A stretch of DNA of 64,000 nucleotides from Verrucomicrobiota bacterium (GCA_016871575.1 VHCW01000016.1:133-64132); one strand, 5' to 3'. Positions 1 through 9,393 are shown, numbered from the stretch's first letter. Notes: generated by a model not told the origin, from the letters alone. Translations and numbers: made by a program.

Positions 1-1410
1 CAACTGGTGGAGCAAATTGCCGGATCTGCTTTCGCAGGAACAACAAATGCGTGCTCGTTGACAAGTGATGCCGCGACGACGCTGGTTTTCCAATGGTTGG
101 TTGCGGATACCAACACCACGGTTCGCTTGACCGATCCGCTGGGCGTGGTGATTGACGCGAGCACGCCGGCCGTGAACTCCAATGTGCAATACTCGGCGAC
201 CGTTGTGGCGAGCAATCTGTTGGTGGCCAGCTTCACCATCGCGAGTCCCACGGCGGGAGTCTGGACAGCGGTGTTGGACGCCAGCAGTATGACGGCGACG
301 GAAGCCGCTTACACATTGACGGTGCAGGGCGATTCGCCGGTGACGCTGGTGCCGCAGACCGGACCGCTGTTCAATGGCGGACAGGATGTGGTGGTGACGT
401 GTCAACTGGCGGACTTGAGCGCGGATCCGGTTGGCGCGGTGACGAATGCCGCGTTGACAGCGATGGTTTTGTTGCCGAACGGGACGACGAACAACCTGAC
501 GTTGTTCGACAACGGCTGGCACAACGACGGCGCGCCGAATGACGGGGTGTATGCGGCGGTGTTGGCCAACGTGCAATTGCCGGGTGAGTATGCCATCACC
601 TACCGGGCCTATGGCACGAACAGCGCCGGGCAAGCGTTCCAACGGGTGGCCACGGGCGTGTTCAGCGTGGCGACCGGGAACGGCGGCATCTTTGGCGACC
701 CGGTCTATGAGAGCGTGGACACGGATGGCGACGGCTACGCGGATGTCCTGATTGTCAAAGTGTGGGTCAACGTGGCGGCGGCGGGCGATTATGTGTTGTC
801 GGGGCAGTTGGTGGACGCGATGGGGTTGAACCGGTATGCGCAGTCGGCGCAGTTTGCCGCCGCAGCGGCGGGGCCGATGCAGGTGTCGTTGATCTTCGAT
901 CTGGCGGAAATCCGCGCCAAGAGCGGGCAGGGCGATTATCACATCGAGAGCCTGCAACTGTTCGAGACCGGGGCGACGGTAAGCGGCTGGCTGGATGCCT
1001 ACCGGGGTGTGTCGTCGCTTACGTTGCCGGCTGCCAATCCCGTGCGGGCGTGGCTGGCTGGGTTTGGGTTGCCGTCGGACGGCAGCGCGGACTTCGCCGA
1101 TTCCGATGGCGATGGCCACAACAACACGCAGGAATACTGGGCCGGCACCAATCCGACAGACCCGACAAGCCGGTTGCAGGTCACAACGACCGCACCGGCA
1201 GCGGGTGGCGGTTTCACGATCACGTGGCAGAGCGTGCCCGGCAAGACTTACAAGGTGGTTTATGCTGAGAATCCCGGTGGCCCGTGGGAGGAGGACTTGC
1301 CGGATTCGCAAATCACGGCGCAAACGGGTGAAACTTCGCTCTCTTACACTGATACGACTGTTGGCAATGCAACCAAGCGGTTCTACCGGATCAAGTTGAT
1401 TGTGCCGTAG
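1..1410 (+). CDS. 3'-part of a large exported protein (5'-truncated by window edge) with Ca-binding-like DxDxDG motifs (DTDGDGYADV, DSDGDGHNNTQEYW: thrombospondin-type-3/dockerin-like)
   Basis: Frame is open to base 1. High GC3 coding bias. Asp-rich calcium-binding-like motifs near the C-terminus. Stop codon at 1408-1410. Confidence 0.6.
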   Translation, partial: QLVEQIAGSAFAGTTNACSLTSDAATTLVFQWLVADTNTTVRLTDPLGVVIDASTPAVNSNVQYSATVVASNLLVASFTIASPTAGVWTAVLDASSMTATEAAYTLTVQGDSPVTLVPQTGPLFNGGQDVVVTCQLADLSADPVGAVTNAALTAMVLLPNGTTNNLTLFDNGWHNDGAPNDGVYAAVLANVQLPGEYAITYRAYGTNSAGQAFQRVATGVFSVATGNGGIFGDPVYESVDTDGDGYADVLIVKVWVNVAAAGDYVLSGQLVDAMGLNRYAQSAQFAAAAAGPMQVSLIFDLAEIRAKSGQGDYHIESLQLFETGATVSGWLDAYRGVSSLTLPAANPVRAWLAGFGLPSDGSADFADSDGDGHNNTQEYWAGTNPTDPTSRLQVTTTAPAAGGGFTITWQSVPGKTYKVVYAENPGGPWEEDLPDSQITAQTGETSLSYTDTTVGNATKRFYRIKLIVP

Positions 1411-1420
1411 GAAGTGGAGT

Positions 1421-1441
1421 GGACGGCTCGGTGAGCCGTCC
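1421..1441 (+). terminator. Hairpin (8-bp stem GGACGGCT/AGCCGTCC, 5-nt loop) just downstream of the upstream CDS; no clean T-tract
   Basis: Inverted repeat read directly at 1421-1441, 11 nt after the stop codon. Confidence 0.35.
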
Positions 1442-1450
1442 CTACCGCAT

Positions 1451-1475
1451 TTCCGTGTCTTCCGTGTTTTCCGTG
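1451..1475 (+). promoter_or_regulatory. Three direct TTCCGTG heptads with exact 9-bp spacing (starts 1451, 1460, 1469), 118 bp upstream of the 1594 ATG
   Basis: Seen in sequence. The same phased heptad triplet recurs upstream of the 60922-63403 gene, on the coding strand of that gene. Confidence 0.4.
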
Positions 1476-1593
1476 GTTGCTATTTGCCATGTTCCGGCTG
1501 TGTTTGACGCTTGGAAGTTGTCTCAACCTTTGCCCCTGCGCCCATTCCTTTGTTCTTCTGACGGGCAGTGATGTGTGGTATTGACTCGGTGAC

Positions 1594-4392
1594 ATGATGA
1601 AACATCTCTTTGCCCTTTTCATTGCCGTGACCGTCTTCGCTGCCGACGAAAAGGTCGGTCCGTGGAATCTTACTGCGCTCAAGAAGACGATTCCCCAAAT
1701 GCGTTGGGTGGATCAATCGGGACCGGTTCATTCGCTTCTGTATGAAGGCGAGAAGTATCGGGGGCGGGACACGGAGGTCTTCGCGTTTTATGCATCGCCG
1801 ATGACCTTGGGGAAGGCGACTTGCGGCAAGGGCAAATTCCCCGGTGTCGTGCTCATTCACGGCGGCGGCGGGACTGCTTTCGCCGAATGGGCGTGGCTTT
1901 GGGCGCAACGCGGTTACGCAGCCATCGCGATGGATTTGTCCGGTAGCCAGCCGAACGCTCCGGTTTATGACGCAAAGACCGGCGTGCCCGTGCCGGGTCA
2001 GACGGCGAAGAAGGAAACACGCAAACGACTTCCAAACGGCGGCCCCGATCAGGGACACGCCGAAAAGTTCGACAGCATCGGCGGCGACACCAGCGACGAC
2101 TGGCCGTTTCACGCCGCCGCGTCCGTGATGCGAGCACATTCGTTGTTGCGGAGCATGGAGGAAGTGGACGCCGAACACACGGCGGTGACGGGCATCAGTT
2201 GGGGAGGTTACACGACCTGTTTGGTGGCGTCGCTCGATGACCGGTTCAAAGCGGCTGTGCCGGTGTATGGTTGCGGGTTTCTGTTCGAAGGCGAATCGGT
2301 GCAGAAGCCTTCGATAGACAAACTCGGTGACCGCCGCGAGCTTTGGATCAAGACCTATGATCCTTCCAGTCGGTTGCCGCGTTGCCGCGTGCCGATTCTG
2401 TTCGTCAACGGCAGCAACGATATTCATTACCCGCTGGACAGCTACCAGAAGAGCTTCGACTGCGTACCGGGAAAGAAACAGATGAGGATCGAAGTAAACA
2501 TGCGTCACGGCCATGGCCCCGGCTGGGCACCGAAGGAGATCGGGTTGTTCATTGACTCGTATTGCCGGGGCGGGCAACCGCTGCCAGTGCCGAGCAAGCC
2601 AGTTGTTGAAGGTGACTGCGTTCGCATGAGCGTGAAATGCGTTCTGCCACTCAAGGAAGCCAAACTTCACTACACCACCGACACCGGCCTGCGCTCCAAA
2701 CGCAAATGGCAAAGCGTTCCGGCGAAAATCAGCAACGGCGTCGTCACAGCGCCCTGTCCGCCAGCCGACGCCAGCACTTGGTTCCTCACGGTCACCGATG
2801 AGCGTGACGCCATGGTCAGTTCAACAATTCAGTTCGCAACTGGCGGCAATCGCTATCTTCAAGCTGCCGTCACGTTTGCCGATCGGGTTCTCGCGGACGG
2901 CCGGGACAAATATGGGAAGGTGCAAAGCCCGTTGTTTGTGGACGGCCTGCATGTCGCGACGTTGGAACCTGCCCGTTGGAAGCACACCGGGAAAGAATGG
3001 GTGCTGTCGAATTTTGCCAGTCAACAACCGCTGATGCGATTGCTGGATGGATTGACCGCCGTCACCGGCGAGGCGAAGTATCGTCAGGCTGCCGAGGATG
3101 CAGCGCGTCATGTTTTGGAACATCTCCGGACACCGAACGGCTTGTTGTATTGGGGCGGCCATCTGGCGTGGGATTTGGAACAGGAGAAACCGGTGGGGCA
3201 GGGCAGCGACACCCACGAATTGAAAAGCCAGCAGCCGTATTACGAGTTGATGCACCGGGTGAATCCGTCGGCCACCACCAAGCTCATGGAAACGATTTGG
3301 GGCGGTCACGTGTTGGACTGGTCGTTGCTGGATTACAACCGTCACGCCAGCGCGCGAAAACCGTCGCCGCCGTTGTGGTCGCACGAGTTCCGCGAGAACT
3401 CCGAAGTGCCGTTCCCGGCCAAGGGCGGCAACCTCTCGTTTTGTAACGTCACGCCCCCGCTGACGCGCAGCGGTGTGATGCTCGCTGTCCTCGACAAGAA
3501 CGCGGATGCGCTGAAATGGACTCGACGGTTGCTTTTCCGCTGGCAACAAGGACGTGACCCGAAAACCGGTCTGTGCGGCGGACAACTGTCGTATCGCAAG
3601 GACGACCGCGCGCAGGCGGCGCTTGGTCATGTTCACCCCGAAATCAACGAAGCCAAAATGGTGGCCGCTTACCACCAAGTCAGCCGTTACCACACCTTGC
3701 CGCTGGTTCAAATGCAAGCCGCCGAAACGCTGATGCAAACCGGCATCGGTCGTGAGTTTGTGCAGTGGGCTGCCGATGACCTGAAGACTTACTTCCGCCG
3801 TGCGTACGACCCGAAATCGGGGAAACTCGTGGCGTTGTTGACCGATGGCACGCGGATCGAAGGAAGTAAGTCAAAGCCCGGTTACTACGTGGCTGCCTCG
3901 TTTGCGCCCCAAGCTCCCGACGGTTTTCTGTTGTGGGGGTGCGCAATGGCGTACCGATTGACACGCGATAAGGAACTGTTACAGATGGCAACTCAGATCA
4001 GCGATCACCTGGGGCTTGGCGACTTCAGTAAACTGGACACCGATTGTGATGACTGGTCGGTCATCTATGCGCTGCTCGAACTACACCGGGCCACGAAGCG
4101 CCCCGAAATGCTTCGCCTCGCTTGCCGGGTTGGCGACAACCTGCTGAGGAAGCAAACGCCAACCGGATTATTTCCGCGCACTCCCTACCAGTACGCCCGC
4201 ACCGGCGATGAAATCCCGCTGGTGCTGTTGCATCTGGCCGCTGCGCTGGACGGCAAACAATCCTCATTTCCACAGCCCATCTTCGACCGGCGATTCTTCC
4301 ACTGCGAATACCACGGCCCGCTCGAAAAACATCAGCAAAAACGCGACGACAAACGCACCTACGACCACTATGTCTTTTACGGCGATTCCTGA
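1594..4392 (+). CDS. Exported two-domain enzyme: N-terminal alpha/beta-hydrolase esterase (GISWGG nucleophile elbow; acetyl-xylan-esterase/dienelactone-hydrolase-like) fused to a C-terminal alpha-helical polysaccharide-lyase-like ('pectic acid lyase'-type) domain
   Basis: Signal peptide MMKHLFALFIAVTVFAA. HGGGG oxyanion region and GxSxG motif. C-terminal ~530 aa resemble Planctomycete/Verrucomicrobial pectic-acid-lyase-like proteins (assigned from memory; weakest part of the call). Confidence 0.7.
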   Translation: MMKHLFALFIAVTVFAADEKVGPWNLTALKKTIPQMRWVDQSGPVHSLLYEGEKYRGRDTEVFAFYASPMTLGKATCGKGKFPGVVLIHGGGGTAFAEWAWLWAQRGYAAIAMDLSGSQPNAPVYDAKTGVPVPGQTAKKETRKRLPNGGPDQGHAEKFDSIGGDTSDDWPFHAAASVMRAHSLLRSMEEVDAEHTAVTGISWGGYTTCLVASLDDRFKAAVPVYGCGFLFEGESVQKPSIDKLGDRRELWIKTYDPSSRLPRCRVPILFVNGSNDIHYPLDSYQKSFDCVPGKKQMRIEVNMRHGHGPGWAPKEIGLFIDSYCRGGQPLPVPSKPVVEGDCVRMSVKCVLPLKEAKLHYTTDTGLRSKRKWQSVPAKISNGVVTAPCPPADASTWFLTVTDERDAMVSSTIQFATGGNRYLQAAVTFADRVLADGRDKYGKVQSPLFVDGLHVATLEPARWKHTGKEWVLSNFASQQPLMRLLDGLTAVTGEAKYRQAAEDAARHVLEHLRTPNGLLYWGGHLAWDLEQEKPVGQGSDTHELKSQQPYYELMHRVNPSATTKLMETIWGGHVLDWSLLDYNRHASARKPSPPLWSHEFRENSEVPFPAKGGNLSFCNVTPPLTRSGVMLAVLDKNADALKWTRRLLFRWQQGRDPKTGLCGGQLSYRKDDRAQAALGHVHPEINEAKMVAAYHQVSRYHTLPLVQMQAAETLMQTGIGREFVQWAADDLKTYFRRAYDPKSGKLVALLTDGTRIEGSKSKPGYYVAASFAPQAPDGFLLWGCAMAYRLTRDKELLQMATQISDHLGLGDFSKLDTDCDDWSVIYALLELHRATKRPEMLRLACRVGDNLLRKQTPTGLFPRTPYQYARTGDEIPLVLLHLAAALDGKQSSFPQPIFDRRFFHCEYHGPLEKHQQKRDDKRTYDHYVFYGDS

Positions 4393-5294
4393 ATCTCGTT
4401 GGCAGTGAAGAGGGCTTTGGCAAAACTTTTCGGGTCGAATGGTTGAAGGTCGTCCACTTGTTCGCCGAGGCCGATGAATTTTACCGGAATCTTTAGTTCG
4501 CGCGCGATGGCAACGACGATGCCGCCCTTGGCGGTGCCGTCAAGTTTGGTGACGATGAGGCCGGTGATGCCGAGGGTGTTGTGGAACTCGCGCGCTTGAT
4601 GGAGCGCGTTGGTGCCGGTGGTGCCGTCGAGCACCAATAACACTTCATGCGGCGCATCGGGAAGACGTTTGTGGAGCACGCGCCGCATCTTCTTCATTTC
4701 CTCCATCAGGTTCGCCTTTGTGTGAAGGCGACCGGCGGTGTCAATGAGCAGGTAATCGGCATTGCGTTTGATGGCGGCTTCGAGCGCGTCGAATGCAATG
4801 GCCGCGCTGTCGGCTCCGTACTGCCCGTCAATGATGTCGCAACCGACGCGGCCGGCCCAGATTTTGAGTTGTTCGATGGCGGCGGCGCGGAACGTGTCGC
4901 ACGCGGCGAGAAGGACGGTGTGCCCCTGTGATTTCAGCCAGTGCGCGAGTTTGGCGGTGGAAGTGGTTTTGCCGGTGCCATTGACGCCGGCAAGGAGGAT
5001 GACGGTGGGAGAGGCAGGAGGTCGCGGCGCTAAGGCCGCTCCCACATTGGACAATTCGCGTTCGATTTCGGTGCGGGCGATGGCGAAGACATCGGGAGAA
5101 CCGGTTTCCTTGACGCGGGCGACGATGTCGGTGGCGGTGCCGATGCCGATGTCGCTGGCGACCAGCGCGGCTTCGAGTTCGTCAAGCGCATCGGCGTCGA
5201 GGCGCGGGGAACGGGTGATGATGCGTTTGATCTCGGTGGCGAGCTTGGTCGAGGTCTTTTTCAGGCCATCACGGAATTTCTGGAAGAGGTTCAT
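4377..5294 (-). CDS. ftsY: Signal recognition particle receptor FtsY
   Basis: SRP GTPase motifs GVNGTGKTT, DTAGR, TKLDG; NG-domain over the full length. Confidence 0.9.
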   Translation of the reverse strand: MNLFQKFRDGLKKTSTKLATEIKRIITRSPRLDADALDELEAALVASDIGIGTATDIVARVKETGSPDVFAIARTEIERELSNVGAALAPRPPASPTVILLAGVNGTGKTTSTAKLAHWLKSQGHTVLLAACDTFRAAAIEQLKIWAGRVGCDIIDGQYGADSAAIAFDALEAAIKRNADYLLIDTAGRLHTKANLMEEMKKMRRVLHKRLPDAPHEVLLVLDGTTGTNALHQAREFHNTLGITGLIVTKLDGTAKGGIVVAIARELKIPVKFIGLGEQVDDLQPFDPKSFAKALFTANEIQESP

Positions 5295-6082
5295 TTCAGT
5301 TTTTCGACGAGTTCGTACGGGATGCGGACGGCGCCGACGCCGGCATCGTGGGCGTCACTGCCGCCGGTCGGGTGGAGGCCGAGTGAGGCGGCGAGTTGTT
5401 GGCAGTGCCTCGTTTGGGCGGGATTGTGTGCGGGGTGCCATGTCTCGATGCCGCGGAGTCCTTGGTCGCGCATGTCACGGATGTCAATGTCGGTGATGGC
5501 AGAGAGGCCGGGATGCGCGAGCACGGGAACGCCGCCGGAGGAGTTGATGTGGTGGATTCCCTCGGCAGCCGTCACCCGGTGACGCTCGACATGGGCGGGT
5601 TTGCCGGGGCGGAGGAAACGGGCGAATGCTTCTTCCACGTTGCGGACGAAACCACGCGCGAGCAGGGCGCGGGCAACGTGCAGGCGGCCGAGGGAAGCGC
5701 TGCTGGCGCAGTGTTGCACGTCGGCAACCGTCAGGTCGAGTCCGAGCGCATTGAGTCGTTCCACGATTTGAACGATGCGCTTGGCGCGGACGTCGCGGGC
5801 AAACTGGAGAACACGGGCGAAGGCAGCATCGCGCCAGTTGTTGTGGAGGTAGTAGCCGAGAAGATGGACTTCGTGTTGACAGACGTGGCAGGTGAGTTCG
5901 ACGCCGGGGATGACCTCGATGCCGTTGGCGACGGCGAGCGCCGGGGCGATGCCGTCAAACGTGTCGTGGTCGGTGATGGCGATGGCGGCGAGGCCGTTTG
6001 TTTTCGCAGCGCGGACAAGATCGGCTGGTGAAAGTGTCCCATCCGAGCAGGCGCTGTGGATGTGCAGGTCGGCGAACTTCAT
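5291..6082 (-). CDS. PHP-domain metal-dependent phosphoesterase (TrpH/YciV family)
   Basis: N-terminal DLHIHSACSDG ... ITDHDT PHP motifs. Stop overlaps the ftsY start (ATGA). Confidence 0.8.
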   Translation of the reverse strand: MKFADLHIHSACSDGTLSPADLVRAAKTNGLAAIAITDHDTFDGIAPALAVANGIEVIPGVELTCHVCQHEVHLLGYYLHNNWRDAAFARVLQFARDVRAKRIVQIVERLNALGLDLTVADVQHCASSASLGRLHVARALLARGFVRNVEEAFARFLRPGKPAHVERHRVTAAEGIHHINSSGGVPVLAHPGLSAITDIDIRDMRDQGLRGIETWHPAHNPAQTRHCQQLAASLGLHPTGGSDAHDAGVGAVRIPYELVEKLK

Positions 6083-6540
6083 TTGCCGGACGCGGTGCGC
6101 GCAGGGCGCGGAAGGTCGGAACGGAGGCGGTCGAGGATGCCGTTGACGAAGGCGCCGCTTTCGCGCGTGGAGTAGCGCTTGGCGATCTCGACGGCTTCGT
6201 TGATGCTGACGACGGGAGGAATATCGTCGCGGCAGGTCATTTCATAGATGGCGAGGCGGAGGATGTTGCGGTCCACGGCGGCCATGCGCGGCAATTCCCA
6301 GTGCTCGGTGTATTTGCGGAGTTTCTCGTCAATGCTTTCCCGGTTCGTCGCGCAGCCGTGGATGAGTTCCTCGGCAAACGTCCGCACGTTGTCCTCGATG
6401 TTGGTCTGCGTCTGCCAGAACATCGGAAGCGCGTCCGCCAGGGTGTCGCCGGTGCTGAGGTCGAATTGGTACAGGAACTGGACGGCCAATTCGCGGGCGT
6501 GCCGGCGTTTGCCGGGATGTTTTACTGGCTTTTCCATAGG
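6079..6540 (-). CDS. nusB: Transcription antitermination factor NusB
   Basis: ARELAVQFLYQ ... ILRLAIYEM NusB signature. The six-frame ORF extends to 6792 but the first 84 aa are an unconserved read-through overlapping ribH; start placed at the Met of MEKPVKHPG. Confidence 0.8.
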   Translation of the reverse strand, partial: PMEKPVKHPGKRRHARELAVQFLYQFDLSTGDTLADALPMFWQTQTNIEDNVRTFAEELIHGCATNRESIDEKLRKYTEHWELPRMAAVDRNILRLAIYEMTCRDDIPPVVSINEAVEIAKRYSTRESGAFVNGILDRLRSDLPRPARTASGK

Positions 6541-6992
6541 CGTGCCATGGCGACGGCGGTTTCGGCGGCTTCGCGTCCCCGGTTGTAGCGGGTGCTGAGG
6601 CAGCGGACGCGGGCTTGTTGCAGCGTGTTGGCGGTGACAACGCCGAAAACAGTCGGCACGCCGGTGAGGTAGCTGATCTGGGTCAGGCCGTGCGCGACGG
6701 AATCGGCAATGTGATGCGCATGACTGGTTTGCCCCTTGAGAATGACGCCGAGGCCGATGATGCAATCGTAGCGGCGCGACTTGGCAAGCCACGCGGCCGC
6801 GGCGCTGATCTCAAAGCTGCCGGGCACGCGGAGGACGCGGATGTCGCGCGCGCGCGCGCCGGCGGCGCAGAGTGTCTTGACGCAGTTCTCGACGAGCGCG
6901 TCGGCGAGTTCGGGGTTGTAACAGGCGGCGGCGATGCCGAAGCGGAGACCTTGGGCGGCAAGTGTTGATTTGGTTTTGTGGGCGCGTAACAT
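6522..6992 (-). CDS. ribH: 6,7-dimethyl-8-ribityllumazine synthase
   Basis: RFGIAAA.YN ... VPGSFEI ... GVILKG lumazine synthase motifs; classic ribH-nusB adjacency. Confidence 0.9.
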   Translation of the reverse strand: MLRAHKTKSTLAAQGLRFGIAAACYNPELADALVENCVKTLCAAGARARDIRVLRVPGSFEISAAAAWLAKSRRYDCIIGLGVILKGQTSHAHHIADSVAHGLTQISYLTGVPTVFGVVTANTLQQARVRCLSTRYNRGREAAETAVAMARLWKSQ

Positions 6993-6994
6993 GG

Positions 6995-8212
6995 TCAGAG
7001 TGTGTGTCCCATTTTTTTCTTTTTCGTTTCGAGGTACTTGACGTTGTGCGCTGTGGGTGTGATGCGGATGGGGAGTTGTTCGGTGATTTTCAGGCCAAAC
7101 CCCTCGAGGCCGACAATTTTTCTCGGATTGTTTGTCAGCAGGCGGATGCTGCGGAGACCGAGGTCGGCGAGAATCTGCGCGCCGAGGCCGTATTCGCGGA
7201 GGTCGGGTTTGAAGCCGAGTTTCTCATTGGCCTCGACGGTGTCGAGTCCGGTTTCTTGCAGCGCGTAGGCGTGCATCTTGTTGGCGAAACCGATGCCGCG
7301 CCCTTCCTGCCGCATATAGACGAGAACGCCGGCGCCCTCGGCGGCAATGCGCCGAAGGGCCTCGTGAAGTTGATGGCCGCAGTCGCAACGCTGGGAGCCA
7401 AAGACGTCACCGGTGAGGCATTCGCTGTGGACGCGGACGAGCACGTTTTCCTTGCCGCGCAACTTCCCCATCACAAGCGCGCAGTGATGCTGATTGTCCA
7501 CGAGCGAGCGATACAGATGAAGGCGGAACTCGCCGTGCTCGGTGGGCATGGCCACTTCCTGCTCGCGCACGATGAGGCGTTCGCGTTGGCGGCGGTATTC
7601 GATGAGGTCGCGGATGGTGCAGAGCTTGAGGCCGTGGGTCTGCTTGTAGTTCAACAGTTCCGGCAACCGGGCCATGCTGCCGTCCTCATTCAGGATCTCG
7701 CAGATGACTCCGACAGCGTAGAGTCCCGCCATGCGGATGAGGTCCACGCATGCTTCGGTGTGTCCGGCGCGACAGAGCACGCCGCCTTCGCGGGCTTGCA
7801 GCGGAAAAATGTGGCCGGGAGAAACGAGTTCCTCGGACGCGGCGTGCGGGTCGGCCAGAATGCGAATGGTGCGGGCGCGGTCGTAGGCGCTGATGCCGGT
7901 GGTGATGCCAGTGCGGGCGTCCACGCTGACAGTGAAGGCGGTGCGGTAGGAGTCGCGGTTCTCGCGGACCATCGGCTCGATGTTGAGCGCCTGGAGACGG
8001 CGCTCGGTGGTCGGCACGCAAATCAGCCCGCGGCCATGTTTGGCCATAAAATTGACGGCATCCGGCGTGGCTTTTTCGGCGGCCATGACGAGGTCGCCTT
8101 CATTTTCGCGGTCTTCGTCATCGGTCACAATGATCATTCGACCCTGCCGGATTTCTTCCACGCAGGATTCAATCGAGTCAAAGGCGGATGGATTGTCTGG
8201 GCGTTTGCTCAT
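6995..8212 (-). CDS. ribBA: Bifunctional 3,4-dihydroxy-2-butanone-4-phosphate synthase / GTP cyclohydrolase II
   Basis: [22 protein letters not shown] (DHBP synthase) and C-terminal GTP cyclohydrolase II region (CxCGHQL). Start chosen at MSKRPD. Confidence 0.9.
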   Translation of the reverse strand: MSKRPDNPSAFDSIESCVEEIRQGRMIIVTDDEDRENEGDLVMAAEKATPDAVNFMAKHGRGLICVPTTERRLQALNIEPMVRENRDSYRTAFTVSVDARTGITTGISAYDRARTIRILADPHAASEELVSPGHIFPLQAREGGVLCRAGHTEACVDLIRMAGLYAVGVICEILNEDGSMARLPELLNYKQTHGLKLCTIRDLIEYRRQRERLIVREQEVAMPTEHGEFRLHLYRSLVDNQHHCALVMGKLRGKENVLVRVHSECLTGDVFGSQRCDCGHQLHEALRRIAAEGAGVLVYMRQEGRGIGFANKMHAYALQETGLDTVEANEKLGFKPDLREYGLGAQILADLGLRSIRLLTNNPRKIVGLEGFGLKITEQLPIRITPTAHNVKYLETKKKKMGHTL

Positions 8213-8559
8213 CAAGGGCGTGACAGTAGCAGGAACGGCAACACAGTGCAAACCCGTTTGGTGATCCCGTTGGTGAACGGATTTCGTTTCAAGGGCATCG
8301 CCTTCGTCTCTTGAACTCCGTCAAACTTGAATGGAAGGGCACGTTTCTAGTAACGCACGCAGTCCCGTGTCGTTTCGGGACGGAGTGCGAATCGTTTGGA
8401 CGGAACGATCTCGCGCAACCCCACTTCGCTTCGCTGCGTGGCTCACTACGAACTACCCTTTGGATGTGGTTTGATGGAGCACGCTCGCCGGTATTCTGGT
8501 CTTGCCTTGTCACCGCGATAGACGGTATTCTGAGCACACAAACAAACAGGAGGCATTCC

Positions 8560-9363
8560 ATGAAATGTCAGGTTTCTGCTGCTGTTCGCGGTATGTTGTT
8601 GTTGGTCGTGTTTGCCGTTGCGGTGAGTTGTGGGAAATCGCAATCTTCCGGCAGTCCCACTGCGCAAGGCAATCTCGCCGTGGACCTCGGCGGCGGGGTG
8701 ACGATGGACTTCGTGCTCATCCGTCCCGGCAACTTCACGATGGGGTCGGACAAGGGAAGCAGCGACGAAAAGCCGGCGCGCAAGGTGACAATCACCAAAC
8801 CGTTTTATCTCGGCAAGTTTGAGGTCACGCAGGAGCAGTGGCAGGCCGTGATGGGCAGCAATCCCAGCAACTTCAAGGGCGCGAAGAATCCGGTTGACAC
8901 TGTAAATTGGGAGGATTGCCTGACGTTCGTGCGGAAACTGGGCGAGAAAGTGCCGGGGTACACGTTCCGGTTGCCGACGGAAGCGGAATGGGAATACGCC
9001 TGCCGCGCCGGCAGCAGCAGCGAGTATTGCTATGGCGATGATACCGGTGGGTTGGGCGACTACGCTTGGTACAGCAATAACTCCGGCAGCAAGACGCATA
9101 CGGTCGGTGAGAAAAAACCGAATACGTGGGGACTCTATGACATGCACGGTAACGTCTATGAATGGTGTCAGGATTGGTATGGAAACTATTCCACCAACGC
9201 GGAGACCGATCCGGTCGGGCCGTCTTCCGGGTCGAACCGTGTGTTGCGCGGCGGTTCATGGAGCCGCAATGCCTCGACTTGCCGGTCGGCAATCCGTTAC
9301 AACTTCAACCCGTCGAATCGCTTCTACATCTACGGGTTGCGGGTTGTGGTGGTCGTGCGCTGA
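8560..9363 (+). CDS. DGR target (variable) protein: lipoprotein with an FGE-sulfatase / C-type-lectin-fold domain; VR at the C-terminus
   Basis: RBS AGGAGG 6 nt upstream of the 8560 ATG. Lipobox AVSC/G. FGE-sulfatase hallmarks ([47 protein letters not shown]). The last ~45 codons are the VR. Confidence 0.85.
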   Translation: MKCQVSAAVRGMLLLVVFAVAVSCGKSQSSGSPTAQGNLAVDLGGGVTMDFVLIRPGNFTMGSDKGSSDEKPARKVTITKPFYLGKFEVTQEQWQAVMGSNPSNFKGAKNPVDTVNWEDCLTFVRKLGEKVPGYTFRLPTEAEWEYACRAGSSSEYCYGDDTGGLGDYAWYSNNSGSKTHTVGEKKPNTWGLYDMHGNVYEWCQDWYGNYSTNAETDPVGPSSGSNRVLRGGSWSRNASTCRSAIRYNFNPSNRFYIYGLRVVVVVR

Positions 9364-9369
9364 GGGCTT
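9227..9369 (+). repeat. DGR variable repeat (VR), 143 bp, ending 6 nt past the target stop codon
   Basis: Gap-free alignment to 10938-11080. Within the 143-bp body, 13 of 14 substitutions lie at positions that are A in the other copy; one is G/T (9297/11008). There is one further G/C difference at the 3' boundary (9365/11076). Mismatched sites map onto AAC/AAT codons of the other copy. Confidence 0.85.
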
Positions 9370-9393
9370 AATTACAATTTAGATTTTTACCTC

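Noticed and set aside
6540-6792. 84-codon N-terminal extension of the nusB ORF
   Set aside because: The extension overlaps the ribH coding region in another frame and is Arg/Pro-rich low-complexity. The conserved NusB starts at the internal Met, just after the ribH stop.
8213-8559. FMN riboswitch upstream of ribBA
   Set aside because: The RFN consensus blocks (GGGGCAGGGTGAAATTCCC, CCGACAGT.AGTCTGGATG.GAGAAG) were not recognizable by eye. Kept only as a low-confidence item to test with a covariance model.
8250-8560. att-like direct repeat of the tRNA-Val 3' end marking an island boundary
   Set aside because: Only a 7-mer (CTTGAAC) coincidence was found and there is no integrase in the block; the island idea remains an unproven inference.
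9032-9382. ORFs 9032-9382(+), 10815-11252(+), 8873-9292(-), 10839-11189(-) encoding similar odd peptides (…[10 protein letters not shown]…[10 protein letters not shown])
   Set aside because: They are out-of-frame or opposite-strand translations of the VR and TR repeats; the similarity reflects the DNA repeat, not real paralogous proteins.
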